Notes: generated by a model not told the origin, from the letters alone. Positions 34,630 to 43,376 are shown, numbered from the stretch's first letter. The stretch: DNA of 51,992 nt from a virus (IMGVR_UViG_3300048586_000159:1-51992), one strand, 5' to 3'. Numbers and translations: made by a program.

Positions 34630-35143
34630 ATGCCTCCTTCAATTCGCAAATGTCAGATTTTTTTTGCGCTTTAGCGCGGGGAGAAAAAACGTTAGTTTTT
34701 TCGTTCTGGCTTCTAGCTTCTGGCTTCTGGGGTTTATCTGGACCGTTATCCGGTAGGTTATCCGAACCAGAATTTCCCTTTCCATTTGAAAGGGTTGGAT
34801 TGCCGCCCTTACCGCCATTTCTTCGAGCAATCGCGCTCTTCTTCTCGTCACGGATCATTCGCCGCGAGTAGATCACTCCATCTTTCGTGCGGGAGAAGAC
34901 CCCGGCCGTCTCCAGTTCGCCGAGCAAGTCGGTGATCTGATCGGACGGGGCTCCTGCCAACACGGCGATCTGCGTGTCTGTCGGGGATTTGCCGTTGACG
35001 AGAAGGTGGCCGTAGGGGGCTGCCTCATGCATCAGCGCGAGGAGTTCGATCCAAAGGCCGCGAGCGGCCATGGAGCACATGCGCAGCTTCGGGTCGCCGC
35101 GCCAATCAAGAGGATAAAACTTGAGCCAGGGGTTCTTGCTCAC
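34616..35143 (-). CDS. Phage replication initiator-like protein
   Basis: PWLKFYPLDWRGDPKLR.CS.AARGLWI...IYSRRMIRD; GTGA coupling to the upstream gene. Confidence 0.75.
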   Translation of the reverse strand: MSKNPWLKFYPLDWRGDPKLRMCSMAARGLWIELLALMHEAAPYGHLLVNGKSPTDTQIAVLAGAPSDQITDLLGELETAGVFSRTKDGVIYSRRMIRDEKKSAIARRNGGKGGNPTLSNGKGNSGSDNLPDNGPDKPQKPEARSQNEKTNVFSPRAKAQKKSDICELKEAFANG

Positions 35144-35712
35144 TTTCGCAAGCCCCTCTGAGCCCATTCGTGAACCTGAGAGGCGCATCCCCAAGGATCA
35201 CGCCAAAGCTCAGAACCAGTGAATCTGAATACATCGAACCCAAGGGCTGATAACTCCCTGTCGCGCGACCTATCCTTAGCCGCCTGCTCCTTGGTCCTCT
35301 CGTGGAAGTCGTGTCCATCACACTCTATGACGAGCCGCCGCCATCGGGGCTGCCCAACGACCGGCTCGGCAAGTTCCGAATAGACAGTGCCCTCGCTATA
35401 TGCGCTAAGGACGAAATCAACTCGATAGCGGCCTATTTGGACCTGACGTTCAAGAATCGGCTGAAGCTCGTTAAAGAATTTGTTCCCTATTTCCTTCAGC
35501 CTAATCTTTTCCGCGAGGTCCGAAGGCAGCAATATCGGATCGTAATAAGTCGACGGACCGTAAGAAAATCGGCAGGCAAGCGCGGCATGCAAAAGCCGCT
35601 CGATCTCGCTGTCACCTTGAGCCCAATATAGATCAGCAAAGCGGTCTTCGATAAACTCGATCGTCTGACGACGCAGGAGCTCGAAGCCCATAGCAGGCAA
35701 TGGCTTCCTCAT
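35140..35712 (-). CDS. DUF559/Vsr-like endonuclease
   Basis: QVQIGRYRVDF...LVIECDGHDFH...DRSRDREL..LGFDVFRFTGSE. Confidence 0.8.
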   Translation of the reverse strand: MRKPLPAMGFELLRRQTIEFIEDRFADLYWAQGDSEIERLLHAALACRFSYGPSTYYDPILLPSDLAEKIRLKEIGNKFFNELQPILERQVQIGRYRVDFVLSAYSEGTVYSELAEPVVGQPRWRRLVIECDGHDFHERTKEQAAKDRSRDRELSALGFDVFRFTGSELWRDPWGCASQVHEWAQRGLRK

Positions 35713-36083
35713 TTCACCACCTCAACATTAATTCCGTACAGCGCCTTGACGTGCTTCTTCGCCCGCCTGAATTCCCGTGTTTCAACGCCCTTCACGTCGA
35801 TGACGCGGAAGCGATCTTCACGGGCATCCCAGAAGGCGAAATCGGCTGTGTATTTGCCGATGAACTCTCCATTGACGATCAGAGGGAATTCCGGCTGGCA
35901 GGCGAGCGCATAGATTTCGCCGGCACGGAGGCGGATGCGGAGACTGGCGAGATACTTCCTCTCCGCCTTGCTATCGATCCGCTTGCCGTCCTCTACCGAG
36001 GCAACCGCCCCGAACTTGTTTTCGCGGGAATGGGCACCGGATCGCATCCGGCGGAATTCGGCGGCTGACATACGGTCACTCAT
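35709..36083 (-). CDS. DUF1064-family nuclease-like protein
   Basis: NKFGA...DG..IDSKAE...QPEFPL...YTADF...DVKG..T. Confidence 0.82.
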   Translation of the reverse strand: MSDRMSAAEFRRMRSGAHSRENKFGAVASVEDGKRIDSKAERKYLASLRIRLRAGEIYALACQPEFPLIVNGEFIGKYTADFAFWDAREDRFRVIDVKGVETREFRRAKKHVKALYGINVEVVK

Positions 36084-36295
36084 GCCGCCACCCCACTCTT
36101 GTCACGAACGGACTGCTGGTGCTCCCGATGCCAAGCCTTGTGGGCCTCGTAGGCTGCGCGAGCGTCACTCAGGGCGTTGTAGACCTCGCCCTCGGTGCAT
36201 CCCATGATCTGGGCAATCTCTGCCGTGTCGTGCTGGCGGTCTCTGCCGTTGAACAACTGGCCGATCTTGATGAGGGCTTCCTGTCCGAAGGTCAT
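36080..36295 (-). CDS. Small HTH-like hypothetical protein
   Basis: DTAEIAQIMGCTEGEVYNAL; overlaps both neighbours by 4 nt. Confidence 0.65.
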   Translation of the reverse strand: MTFGQEALIKIGQLFNGRDRQHDTAEIAQIMGCTEGEVYNALSDARAAYEAHKAWHREHQQSVRDKSGVAA

Positions 36296-37662
36296 AGGCC
36301 TAGCTCCCCCTGCCGCGCGTCCTTACGGTCGAGCATGCGGAGAACGGTTTCGCCGCTCCATGCCTTGTCCCAAACAAAGAACCCGTTGAGCATCGGCGGC
36401 GCGCCCTGCCCTGTGAAATCGATCTTCCAGCGCAGCAGATAGACGCGGGCCGGCGGGAACTTCGCCCAGAACGGAGCGAGACCTCCAGCGCCGGGGAAGC
36501 TCCAGTTCATCAGCAGCGCCATGTATTCGACGCCGAGCGTGTCGAGGGCGTGGTAAAGCCAGCGGGCCTTACCGTTGCCCCATCCGCATTCCTGAAACGG
36601 TGGGTTTGTCACGATGGCGCCACAAGGAGCGACGGGGAAATCATAGAAGGACCGGATATCAGCGCCGCAACCTCGGTCGACAAGATCGGAGGCGCGGACG
36701 GTCAGCCCGACCGATTCCATTTCCCGCACCATTGCGCCATCGCCGGCCGCCGGTTCCCAGATAGCCTTGCAGTCGAATGCGATAAAGGTCTCGACTTCGA
36801 AGTCTTGGCGTTGACCATGGGCCGTCAGGGCCGTCAGGGCCGTCGAAACGTCGATCGCTCCGCTCGTGTTGCCGCCGCCAAATGCGAGCAAACCGCCATC
36901 TAGGTCGAAGTCGGTTCCGAGCCCACCACCGCCTGAAGGGCGGCTTGCAATTGTTGGGGCAACTCTTTTCCCCGGTTCCCGGCGCGGCGCAGGATCCCCG
37001 CGCATGCCTTGGGGCTCAAGTAGTACTGCTGCGGCACGTCGCCAGTCTCCAAGATATCCGACAACGAACACACGCCGTCGTCTCTGAGGGACAGCCCGTC
37101 CAAAGCCGTCCACTCGGACATATTGAGCGTCAAGAACTCGGTAGGCGAACCCATACCCGCATTCCCGAACGAATGAGAGAAAGGTCGCAAAATCGCTTTC
37201 TTCAATCCATTCGTCTCCGGCTTCTCTTCCTTCAAGACCGGGTCGAACACCGCCTTCACCGTCCTCTTCATCCGTGACAGAGGAAACGACACCGGGGACG
37301 TTTTCCCAGACGATCCAGCGGGCGCGCAAGCGCCTAGCCAGGCTGAGATACTCAAGGGCGAGGTTACCGCGCGGGTCATCCAGTCCGAGACGCTTTCCTG
37401 CGACCGAGAAAGACTGGCAGGGTGTTCCTCCCACAAGAAGGTCGATTGGGCCTGCATCTGCGCCGATCTGCGTGAAGTCGCCATGGTTAGGAATTCCATT
37501 CTTCGCCAGCGGTTCGCCGGGCATGTTTGATCCGTAGTGATGGGCGAGCACCGCAGAGGGAAACGCCTCAATCTCGCTAAAGAATGCCGGCGTCCATCCA
37601 AGCGGATGCCAAGCCATGGTCGCAGCCTCGATGCCAGAGCAGACGGAACCGTATCGCATCAC
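36292..37662 (-). CDS. Chimeric DNA methyltransferase: C5-cytosine motifs I-VIII fused to an amino (N6A/N4C) MTase domain
   Basis: SVCSGIEA, GGTPCQSFS, WENVPG and QRRRRVF, then IWEPAAGDG and IVTNPPF. C5 motifs IX/X not seen. Confidence 0.75.
   Translation of the reverse strand: MMRYGSVCSGIEAATMAWHPLGWTPAFFSEIEAFPSAVLAHHYGSNMPGEPLAKNGIPNHGDFTQIGADAGPIDLLVGGTPCQSFSVAGKRLGLDDPRGNLALEYLSLARRLRARWIVWENVPGVVSSVTDEEDGEGGVRPGLEGREAGDEWIEESDFATFLSFVRECGYGFAYRVLDAQYVRVDGFGRAVPQRRRRVFVVGYLGDWRRAAAVLLEPQGMRGDPAPRREPGKRVAPTIASRPSGGGGLGTDFDLDGGLLAFGGGNTSGAIDVSTALTALTAHGQRQDFEVETFIAFDCKAIWEPAAGDGAMVREMESVGLTVRASDLVDRGCGADIRSFYDFPVAPCGAIVTNPPFQECGWGNGKARWLYHALDTLGVEYMALLMNWSFPGAGGLAPFWAKFPPARVYLLRWKIDFTGQGAPPMLNGFFVWDKAWSGETVLRMLDRKDARQGELGL
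36900..37457 (-). CDS. Nested out-of-frame ORF, putative MTase beta-subunit-like polypeptide
   Basis: Long open frame inside the C5-MTase region with CSLSDILETGDVPQQYYLSPKACAGILRRAGNRGKELP. Start uncertain. Confidence 0.5.
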   Translation of the reverse strand: MQAQSTFLWEEHPASLSRSQESVSDWMTRAVTSPLSISAWLGACAPAGSSGKTSPVSFPLSRMKRTVKAVFDPVLKEEKPETNGLKKAILRPFSHSFGNAGMGSPTEFLTLNMSEWTALDGLSLRDDGVCSLSDILETGDVPQQYYLSPKACAGILRRAGNRGKELPQQLQAALQAVVGSEPTST

Positions 37663-37677
37663 TCGCCCTCCCCGACT

Positions 37678-38067
37678 TCAGTTTTGGCTTCTGGTTCGCG
37701 CGGCTTCTGCCTTTTCAGCAGACGACGAACCCATGCTTTGAACCGGCTGAGGCCGCTCGCCAGCAACAAAATCAGCAAGGCGAACAAGCGCCGAATTGCT
37801 CTCGCCATGGCGCGAACGCTCCTCTTCGTACAGCGCATCGATACGTCCGCCCGCGCGCTGGAATGCTTCAAGAATTGAGGCCCATGTGCTGAGCTTCATG
37901 TCAGGGATTTCGCGGTGACGAAGACGAAGAAGGGTAGTCGCCGGAGCGCCCCACTTGGTCTGGGCGCGTCTGGCAGCAGCTTCTTGCGTGTCTCCAAGGC
38001 CGCGATACTCGCGGCGCAGGAGCCATTCGCTCATCGCTTTTGCATCTTTGACGTACGCGACACTCAT
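37678..38067 (-). CDS. Hypothetical regulator (CII-like position)
   Basis: MSVAYVKDAKAM...GDTQEAAARRAQTKWG; located in the early-right operon. Confidence 0.6.
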   Translation of the reverse strand: MSVAYVKDAKAMSEWLLRREYRGLGDTQEAAARRAQTKWGAPATTLLRLRHREIPDMKLSTWASILEAFQRAGGRIDALYEEERSRHGESNSALVRLADFVAGERPQPVQSMGSSSAEKAEAARTRSQN

Positions 38068-38150
38068 TTTGTCTTCCACGACATTAGTTTTGTTCCGCAA
38101 GACGTTCGCTCCATGTCAGTTTCGACTTGCTACAGACGAAGGGAGACACA

Positions 38151-38480
38151 GTGAAACGACCTTCAAAATTCAGTGGGAACGACGGGGATCAGGGGCTACA
38201 TGCGGTTCCCGATCACCCCGCCGTTCCGCCCGCCGCATCCGGCGAGACGATAATTCCATTCCCTCGCAGCGCCGCCGCATTGTCTGCTGAGGGTTCAGAG
38301 GGCGCCGGGGTATCCTCGGCTTCGGCGTCCTCGTTCGTTCAAATCGGCATTCCCGCGCGCGCAGTCGTGATGCGCATCAAGCAAGGGCTTCCGAGAATTC
38401 GAGTGGAGCGCGCGGCCGAGGGGGACTTCGCCGCGCGCTCCGATCAGTCAGCGGCTTGGGAGGATGAGGAGCGGCGCTGA
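38151..38480 (+). CDS. Hypothetical protein, opposite strand
   Basis: GTG start with GGGAGA RBS; fills an otherwise empty gap. Confidence 0.45.
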   Translation: MKRPSKFSGNDGDQGLHAVPDHPAVPPAASGETIIPFPRSAAALSAEGSEGAGVSSASASSFVQIGIPARAVVMRIKQGLPRIRVERAAEGDFAARSDQSAAWEDEERR

Positions 38481-38493
38481 CCGATTCCGTTGA

Positions 38494-38616
38494 TCACTGA
38501 TCCCTCCACCAGTCGGGAGCCATGCGGTCTTCACCTCGGCGCAGGAGTGCGTATGCCAAGGCCGTTACGCCGCAGAGGATCGTGAAGCCGATGATGCCGT
38601 AGATGAGCAAAGTCAT
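38494..38616 (-). CDS. Small membrane peptide (40 aa)
   Basis: MTLLIYGIIGFTILCGVTALAYALLRR...; GAGGAAGG RBS. Confidence 0.5.
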   Translation of the reverse strand: MTLLIYGIIGFTILCGVTALAYALLRRGEDRMAPDWWRDQ

Positions 38617-38743
38617 GCTGCCTTCCTCCTCGGACGGGATTGATGGGAACGGACGAACGGAAGCGCGCCGGGAGTTGCCTCGACGGCGAACTGCGCCTGC
38701 AGGTCCTCTTCGTGGGTGTGTTCCGTTTCGGGGCCGCGCGTCA

Positions 38744-39997
38744 TCACTCCGCAGCCTCCAAAGCTTCGGCCAGCCCGAAAGCAGCCATGATGTCGTCGGC
38801 ACGGTGCGGGATTTCCTTCGCCAGATCGGCGGCGATCTTCTTTTCCTGTGCCGGGGTGAAATTCCGGGCGGTGCGCTGCCACTCGATCACGTCGAGGAGT
38901 TCGTCGTCGCCGTCGTATTCCATGACGGGGTAGTTCTGGCCGAGAGACCGGGCGATGGTGTACCGAGCCCATCCGTCGAGGATGACGTTGCCCTGCCGGA
39001 TTATCGGGACCTGCACGCGGTTGTCGATGATGTTCCGCTCCAGCGCGGCCCGCTGATCCTTCGAAGGCTCAGGGAAGCAATGGGCGAACGACGAACGCTT
39101 CACGCCGGTCGGCGGGCAGTATTCCATCGTGACGGCATTGGCGGGGAGAGCCGCAAATGCATCGCCCTCCCCGGTGTTCGGGTTCCTGTCGAATTCGACC
39201 TCGCGCTTCGCGATGCTCGTTACATGATCGCCTCCTGCGTTGGCGGCGGCGCGATCCTCGCGCTCGGCGCTGGGGAATCCTTCCTCTGCCTCTTCGGGCG
39301 AAATTGTTGCGGTCTCTCCCGCCGTCACGGTTTCGATCCCGTCCGTCTGGCTCTCAGGGGTGCGGCCAGCTGCCTGCCCGTGGCTCCTACCATGCTCGCT
39401 CGAGGCGATAGCCTGATGCTCACCACGGGTTGGTTCCAGAGCATCAGACAGTTCAGTTGCCGTTCCCGGCTGATCGGTATCCGGGCGCGAAGCGTCACCG
39501 CCGAGGCGGTCGGTTTCACGGGGCGCACCCCCTTCCCGGATAATTTGACCCTGTTCCGCAGCAACAGGTTCGCGCAAATCATTCCCGGCGACCTCTGCGG
39601 CTGCCTCCGGTTCAGCTTCTTCCGCCGTTACCGGCGCTGTTCTGATGTCTTCGTGCTTGGTGAGGATGGAAAGGCCACCGTCGGAACGGCGATTTTCCTC
39701 AATGTTTTCTCGTGCGTATGCGCAGGATGCGCGCGGGGCTTCCAGCGCTGCGAGATAGGTATCGACGAGAGCTTCATGCTCGGCGTCGGCCGGGTCGGCC
39801 TCGTCCATCTTCACCTTGAGGCGGAACGCGGCGCGCATCGCCTTCGTGTCGTGGCCGAATGCCTTCTGCTCGGCGAACAATTCCTTGAGGTCGTCGCCGA
39901 TGCGAGCCTTTTCCTCTTCGAGGTTCTTCCAGCGCTGGAAAGCGGATCGGATCTGATCGTCGGGGATGGTGTTGGTAGTCATGCGGCCGGAGGTCAT
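38744..39997 (-). CDS. GapR (DUF2312)-like N-terminus, acidic linker and ParB/Srx-like C-terminal domain
   Basis: QIRSAFQRWKNLEEEKARIGDDLKELFAEQKAFGHDTKAMR...TYLAAL; PII..GNVILDGWARY. Confidence 0.75.
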   Translation of the reverse strand: MTSGRMTTNTIPDDQIRSAFQRWKNLEEEKARIGDDLKELFAEQKAFGHDTKAMRAAFRLKVKMDEADPADAEHEALVDTYLAALEAPRASCAYARENIEENRRSDGGLSILTKHEDIRTAPVTAEEAEPEAAAEVAGNDLREPVAAEQGQIIREGGAPRETDRLGGDASRPDTDQPGTATELSDALEPTRGEHQAIASSEHGRSHGQAAGRTPESQTDGIETVTAGETATISPEEAEEGFPSAEREDRAAANAGGDHVTSIAKREVEFDRNPNTGEGDAFAALPANAVTMEYCPPTGVKRSSFAHCFPEPSKDQRAALERNIIDNRVQVPIIRQGNVILDGWARYTIARSLGQNYPVMEYDGDDELLDVIEWQRTARNFTPAQEKKIAADLAKEIPHRADDIMAAFGLAEALEAAE

Positions 39998-41007
39998 GGA
40001 TGAACCTCCGCAACTTCTTCCACAGCATCAGCCGTCAGATCGGTGAAAATTGCAGCAGGTGCAGCTTGAAGGAAAAGCAATTTTGCCTCCCTACTCGCGT
40101 GGTTCCAGGCCCGACAAAGCCGGTCAATCTTCTGGCGCCTCACCTTCGGATTTGTGGAGCTGATCTTGCGGTTTTCGTTCTTGTGCTCAGTGGCATATTC
40201 CGGGAATCCAAGGGCCTCCAACTGGCGGACGCGTTCGCGAGAGATACGGAAAAGCTTGCCAACCTCAGAGAGGTTGAGACCCTTCTCGCGAAGAGTTTTC
40301 ATTTTTTCGTTTCGAGGAAGGTCGCCGGACATGATTGCTGCGATGCAGGACGCCCGTTCCGTTGCCTTGCGGTCCTTTGCCACGGCTTCACGAATTTCCT
40401 CGGTGGCAATCTTAGAATTGATCGCCTCGAGGAAGGCGCTCTCGCCGCGCTCAACCAGGATTGGATGAAGCTCCGTATGCTTCCTCACCAGCCTCGTCAT
40501 AAACCCCTTGCGATGGAGATTGCAGGCATGGATCCGCAATCGGATCGTCTGCACCGTTCTGTCGAGAACGGAAGAGATCGCCTCAACCGGGTAATAGCCG
40601 AGGTACATACGGCGAAGTGTGTCGATATCAGCGTCAGTCCACGCCGCGACACCATAGCCACGGTTTCGCACCTGCTCAGATGGCGTTGCCCACCGGCAGT
40701 TTCCCGGCTCGTAATTCCCATCGTTGTCGATCCGGTCAATGGAGTGACGGCCCGAAGGGCGGGGGCCAACATCGCGATAGAAATTTTCGAAGTCGGCTTT
40801 CCAGCTATCGCAGACTCGAATGCCGCGACCACCGTAACGCGGGTAAGACTTTTGGTTGGCGTTGCTGCACCGCGCAATCATCGAGGTCCAGATGCGGTAC
40901 TCCGGCATCTTGGATCGGCGCTCGCCCTCAATGAGCTTCTTCGCCGACACCCGGCGACGGCGATAAACTGTCTCGTACTTCTCAACTTGATCAACATGGA
41001 TAGTCAT
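39994..41007 (-). CDS. HNH-type endonuclease (YGGRGI subfamily) with C-terminal HTH domains
   Basis: YRIWTSMIARC...YGGRGIRVC...SIDRIDNDGNYEPGNCRWAT; LSEVGKLFRISRERVRQLE. Confidence 0.8.
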   Translation of the reverse strand: MTIHVDQVEKYETVYRRRRVSAKKLIEGERRSKMPEYRIWTSMIARCSNANQKSYPRYGGRGIRVCDSWKADFENFYRDVGPRPSGRHSIDRIDNDGNYEPGNCRWATPSEQVRNRGYGVAAWTDADIDTLRRMYLGYYPVEAISSVLDRTVQTIRLRIHACNLHRKGFMTRLVRKHTELHPILVERGESAFLEAINSKIATEEIREAVAKDRKATERASCIAAIMSGDLPRNEKMKTLREKGLNLSEVGKLFRISRERVRQLEALGFPEYATEHKNENRKISSTNPKVRRQKIDRLCRAWNHASREAKLLFLQAAPAAIFTDLTADAVEEVAEVHP

Positions 41008-41222
41008 TGGGCGGCCTCCGAGAGAGGGCGTGCGCCGAAAATGTCAGGCCGAAGCAAATGGCGCGACACGCCTGTGATTTTTTCGACCTCCAGCACCCGC
41101 CTCGGCGGAACCTTGTCCCACTGGAGAACGGCGGACGGGGTTACTTTGAGCTTGCGCGCCAATTCGCTGGCGCTGCCTGCCTGCTTGAAAACGAGTGTCA
41201 TGGGGAGGGCTTCGGTGCTCAT
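41004..41222 (-). CDS. cro: Cro-like (YdaS/Cro family) repressor
   Basis: GSASELARKLKVTPSAVLQW..VP..RV..VE..TGVSRHLLRPDIFG; divergent from cI. Confidence 0.85.
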   Translation of the reverse strand: MSTEALPMTLVFKQAGSASELARKLKVTPSAVLQWDKVPPRRVLEVEKITGVSRHLLRPDIFGARPLSEAAQ

Positions 41223-41228
41223 AGCAGA

Positions 41229-41271
41229 TTATAAGCACACCTAGAAAATCCATTCAAGCAAAACTTTTATA
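41229..41271. promoter_or_regulatory. OR/pR region: two AAGCA-N3-CT operator-like sites and a leftward promoter
   Basis: Minus-strand TTTGCTTGAA-tgga-TTTTCTAG-gtg-TGCTTATA is nearly identical to plus-strand 42348-42380. Confidence 0.7.
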
Positions 41272-41275
41272 GACC

Positions 41276-41998
41276 ATGAAGGCCCCGATAATTCACATGC
41301 TCGCCATGGACAAAGAGGAAAAAGCCAAGCTCGTCGGTGACGCTATTCGGCGGGCTCGCAAGCAGCGCGGCAAAGTTTTGCGCGAGGTCGCCGCCTATCT
41401 GGGCGTTCACACCGCAGCGATCGGCAACTACGAGAGCGGCAAGAACCTCCCCTCGACCGCAAACCTCTTGAAACTTTCTGAGTTCTTTTCAATCGACCCG
41501 TCTGCGCTGAGCAGAGGGGAAGTTGTAAGCGTGAGCGAGGAGCCGCTTGCGGACGCCGAGAAGGTAACCGACCTCGCCCCCATTCCCGTTGGGCCGAACG
41601 ATGTCGAATTGCTAGGCACCACGGCCGGCGGCGACGATGGTGATTTCCGGTTCAACGGTGAAAATCAGGGCTACGTCCGCCGGCCGCCAGGCTTGGCTAA
41701 TATTCGCAAGGCCTTTGCGCTTCACGTCATCAGCGAGAGCATGGTACCCAGATACATGCCGGGCGAACTGATCTATGTCGGCGGCCGCGAACCAGTGCCC
41801 GGAGATCATGTCGTAATCGACCTTTTCCCTGAAAACGAGGGAGAAGTGGGCAAATCCTATATCAAGTATTTTGTACGGCGCACCGGCTCCGACTTGATCG
41901 TCAGCCAATACAATCCACCGAAAGAGCTTACGTTCAACCGCTACGCCGTAAAGGCGCTATGGCGCGTGATACCTCTGGCAGAACTTCTCGGCTATTGA
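41276..41998 (+). CDS. cI: CI-like repressor (XRE HTH + S24 peptidase)
   Basis: HTH (IGNYESGKNLP), Ala-Gly site (TAGG), SESM and downstream Lys. Start may be a few codons later. Confidence 0.9.
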   Translation: MKAPIIHMLAMDKEEKAKLVGDAIRRARKQRGKVLREVAAYLGVHTAAIGNYESGKNLPSTANLLKLSEFFSIDPSALSRGEVVSVSEEPLADAEKVTDLAPIPVGPNDVELLGTTAGGDDGDFRFNGENQGYVRRPPGLANIRKAFALHVISESMVPRYMPGELIYVGGREPVPGDHVVIDLFPENEGEVGKSYIKYFVRRTGSDLIVSQYNPPKELTFNRYAVKALWRVIPLAELLGY

Positions 41999-42260
41999 GG
42001 ACGTGCGCCTCAGCCCGCAGGCGAACGCCTTCACTGACGAACATCGCCTGTACCGAGATATTTTTTCCCGGTAAACCGTCTTCCTGACACGACGAGCACG
42101 TGAGACGCGCGGACAACGCCGGCAATGGCGTCCGAGCCGTAACGCCAGAGAAACGCGTCAAGTCGCCCGCTTTCCACCAGCGGGACCGGCCACAATCCGA
42201 ACACTCTACAGAAACGGACGCCACGTCTCCCAATAGTGACTCATGCGTCGGCAACGCCAT
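41934..42260 (-). CDS. Small zinc-binding protein (CxxC...CxxC), candidate SOS-induced regulator
   Basis: CSDC and CSSC; AAGGAG RBS; LexA box directly upstream; 3' end overlaps cI. Confidence 0.7.
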   Translation of the reverse strand: MALPTHESLLGDVASVSVECSDCGRSRWWKAGDLTRFSGVTARTPLPALSARLTCSSCQEDGLPGKNISVQAMFVSEGVRLRAEAHVLNSREVLPEVSRAIAPLRRSG

Positions 42261-42272
42261 CGCTTTCTCCTT

Positions 42273-42287
42273 GTTCACGTCTTGTTC
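42273..42287. promoter_or_regulatory. Alphaproteobacterial LexA box GTTC-N7-GTTC
   Basis: GTTCacgtcttGTTC, just 5' of the RBS of 41934-42260. Confidence 0.72.
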
Positions 42288-42325
42288 TCATAATTGATTC
42301 TTTTTCCGAAAGAGTCGAGTCGCAT

Positions 42326-42381
42326 TTTTCTAGCTTGGCTTTAAAGATTTGCTTGAAAGCGTTTTCTAGCTATGCTTATAT
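42326..42381 (+). promoter_or_regulatory. OL/pL region: three operator-like sites and a rightward promoter
   Basis: TTCTAGcttGGCTT, TAAAGattTGCTTGA and TTCTAGctaTGCTTAT; CTTGAA-N17-CTTATA. Confidence 0.7.
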
Positions 42382-42427
42382 CTCCTCATCACCTCCCGAC
42401 CACCGGGAAAGACGAGGAGCAAGGGAA

Positions 42428-42601
42428 ATGGACCATCTCGATCACCAGCGCGCAGTCCTGAAACTCAAGTACGTGCCGTTCAATCACCCGGCCATCGACT
42501 GGCACTGCCGCGAAGGCAATCGGAAGGTCAACGAGCGTTTTGCTCGCGAGGGCTATCCGGGCCGCGACACCGGTTACGACCCCATCATGTCCGACGCCTG
42601 A
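42428..42601 (+). CDS. First early-left small protein (57 aa)
   Basis: RBS-like AAGGGA; first ORF after pL. Confidence 0.55.
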   Translation: MDHLDHQRAVLKLKYVPFNHPAIDWHCREGNRKVNERFAREGYPGRDTGYDPIMSDA

Positions 42602-42699
42602 TCCCCTTCGGCATCCCGCACACAGCGGCGGGATATCGAAATGGATCCTCCCAGCACGCAAGACGGTTCGCCTGATCTGCTGGGTTTCCAATCAAGGGG

Positions 42700-43041
42700 A
42701 TGAAGCCAATGCCCACATTCAGCATGGAATACGACTTCGATGAATTCGAGCTTTGCCCCGGCATCTTCGCGGCGGGCACGGCGACCTTCGTCGAGGACGG
42801 CGACGGCGAGTTCTACGTCTCGCAGATCGTCATCGGCGGGAAGCGGTTCACCCGCAACGGCTATGGCTCGGAACGGTTCTTCACCACCACGAACAAGAAC
42901 ATCTTCCTGCTGATAGCGGAGCACTTCGAGAACGATGCTCGGGCGCAGCTCGCGTTTGCCGAGGCTCTGGCCGAAGGCTCTGGCGGTAACCCCGATCGCG
43001 CGTTCGACATTCGCCGCGATGAGCAGATGGCGGTGCTGTGA
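42700..43041 (+). CDS. Acidic hypothetical protein
   Basis: 113 aa, D/E-rich, coupled to the next gene. Confidence 0.65.
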   Translation: MKPMPTFSMEYDFDEFELCPGIFAAGTATFVEDGDGEFYVSQIVIGGKRFTRNGYGSERFFTTTNKNIFLLIAEHFENDARAQLAFAEALAEGSGGNPDRAFDIRRDEQMAVL

Positions 43042-43376
43042 TGGGGAGCACATTTCGCACAGAGCAGGACATCGCCATCAGTGGTTGGGAATGCGGCACT
43101 GAGATCGAACTCAAGATGGTTGTCGTCTTCACCGTTCACCCCAGCCGAAAGGCCACTGAGATCGACCCACCAGAAGAAGCCACTGTCGAGATCGACAAGG
43201 TCCGGTTCTTCGATGGCAAGGACGAACTCACCCTGCCGTGGTCGATCGAAGACCGCTTCACCAGCGCCGAAGGCTTCAAGGACTGGCTTATGGGCGAGGC
43301 CCGTGACCAGCACGAGGCAGCGCTTGATCAGAAGGCGGAAGCTCGACGCGAGCAGATTATGGAGGATCGCGCATGA
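43038..43376 (+). CDS. Acidic hypothetical protein, paralog 1
   Basis: Shares AISGWECGTEIEL and FDGKDELTLPWSI with 46889-47218. Confidence 0.75.
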   Translation: MMGSTFRTEQDIAISGWECGTEIELKMVVVFTVHPSRKATEIDPPEEATVEIDKVRFFDGKDELTLPWSIEDRFTSAEGFKDWLMGEARDQHEAALDQKAEARREQIMEDRA

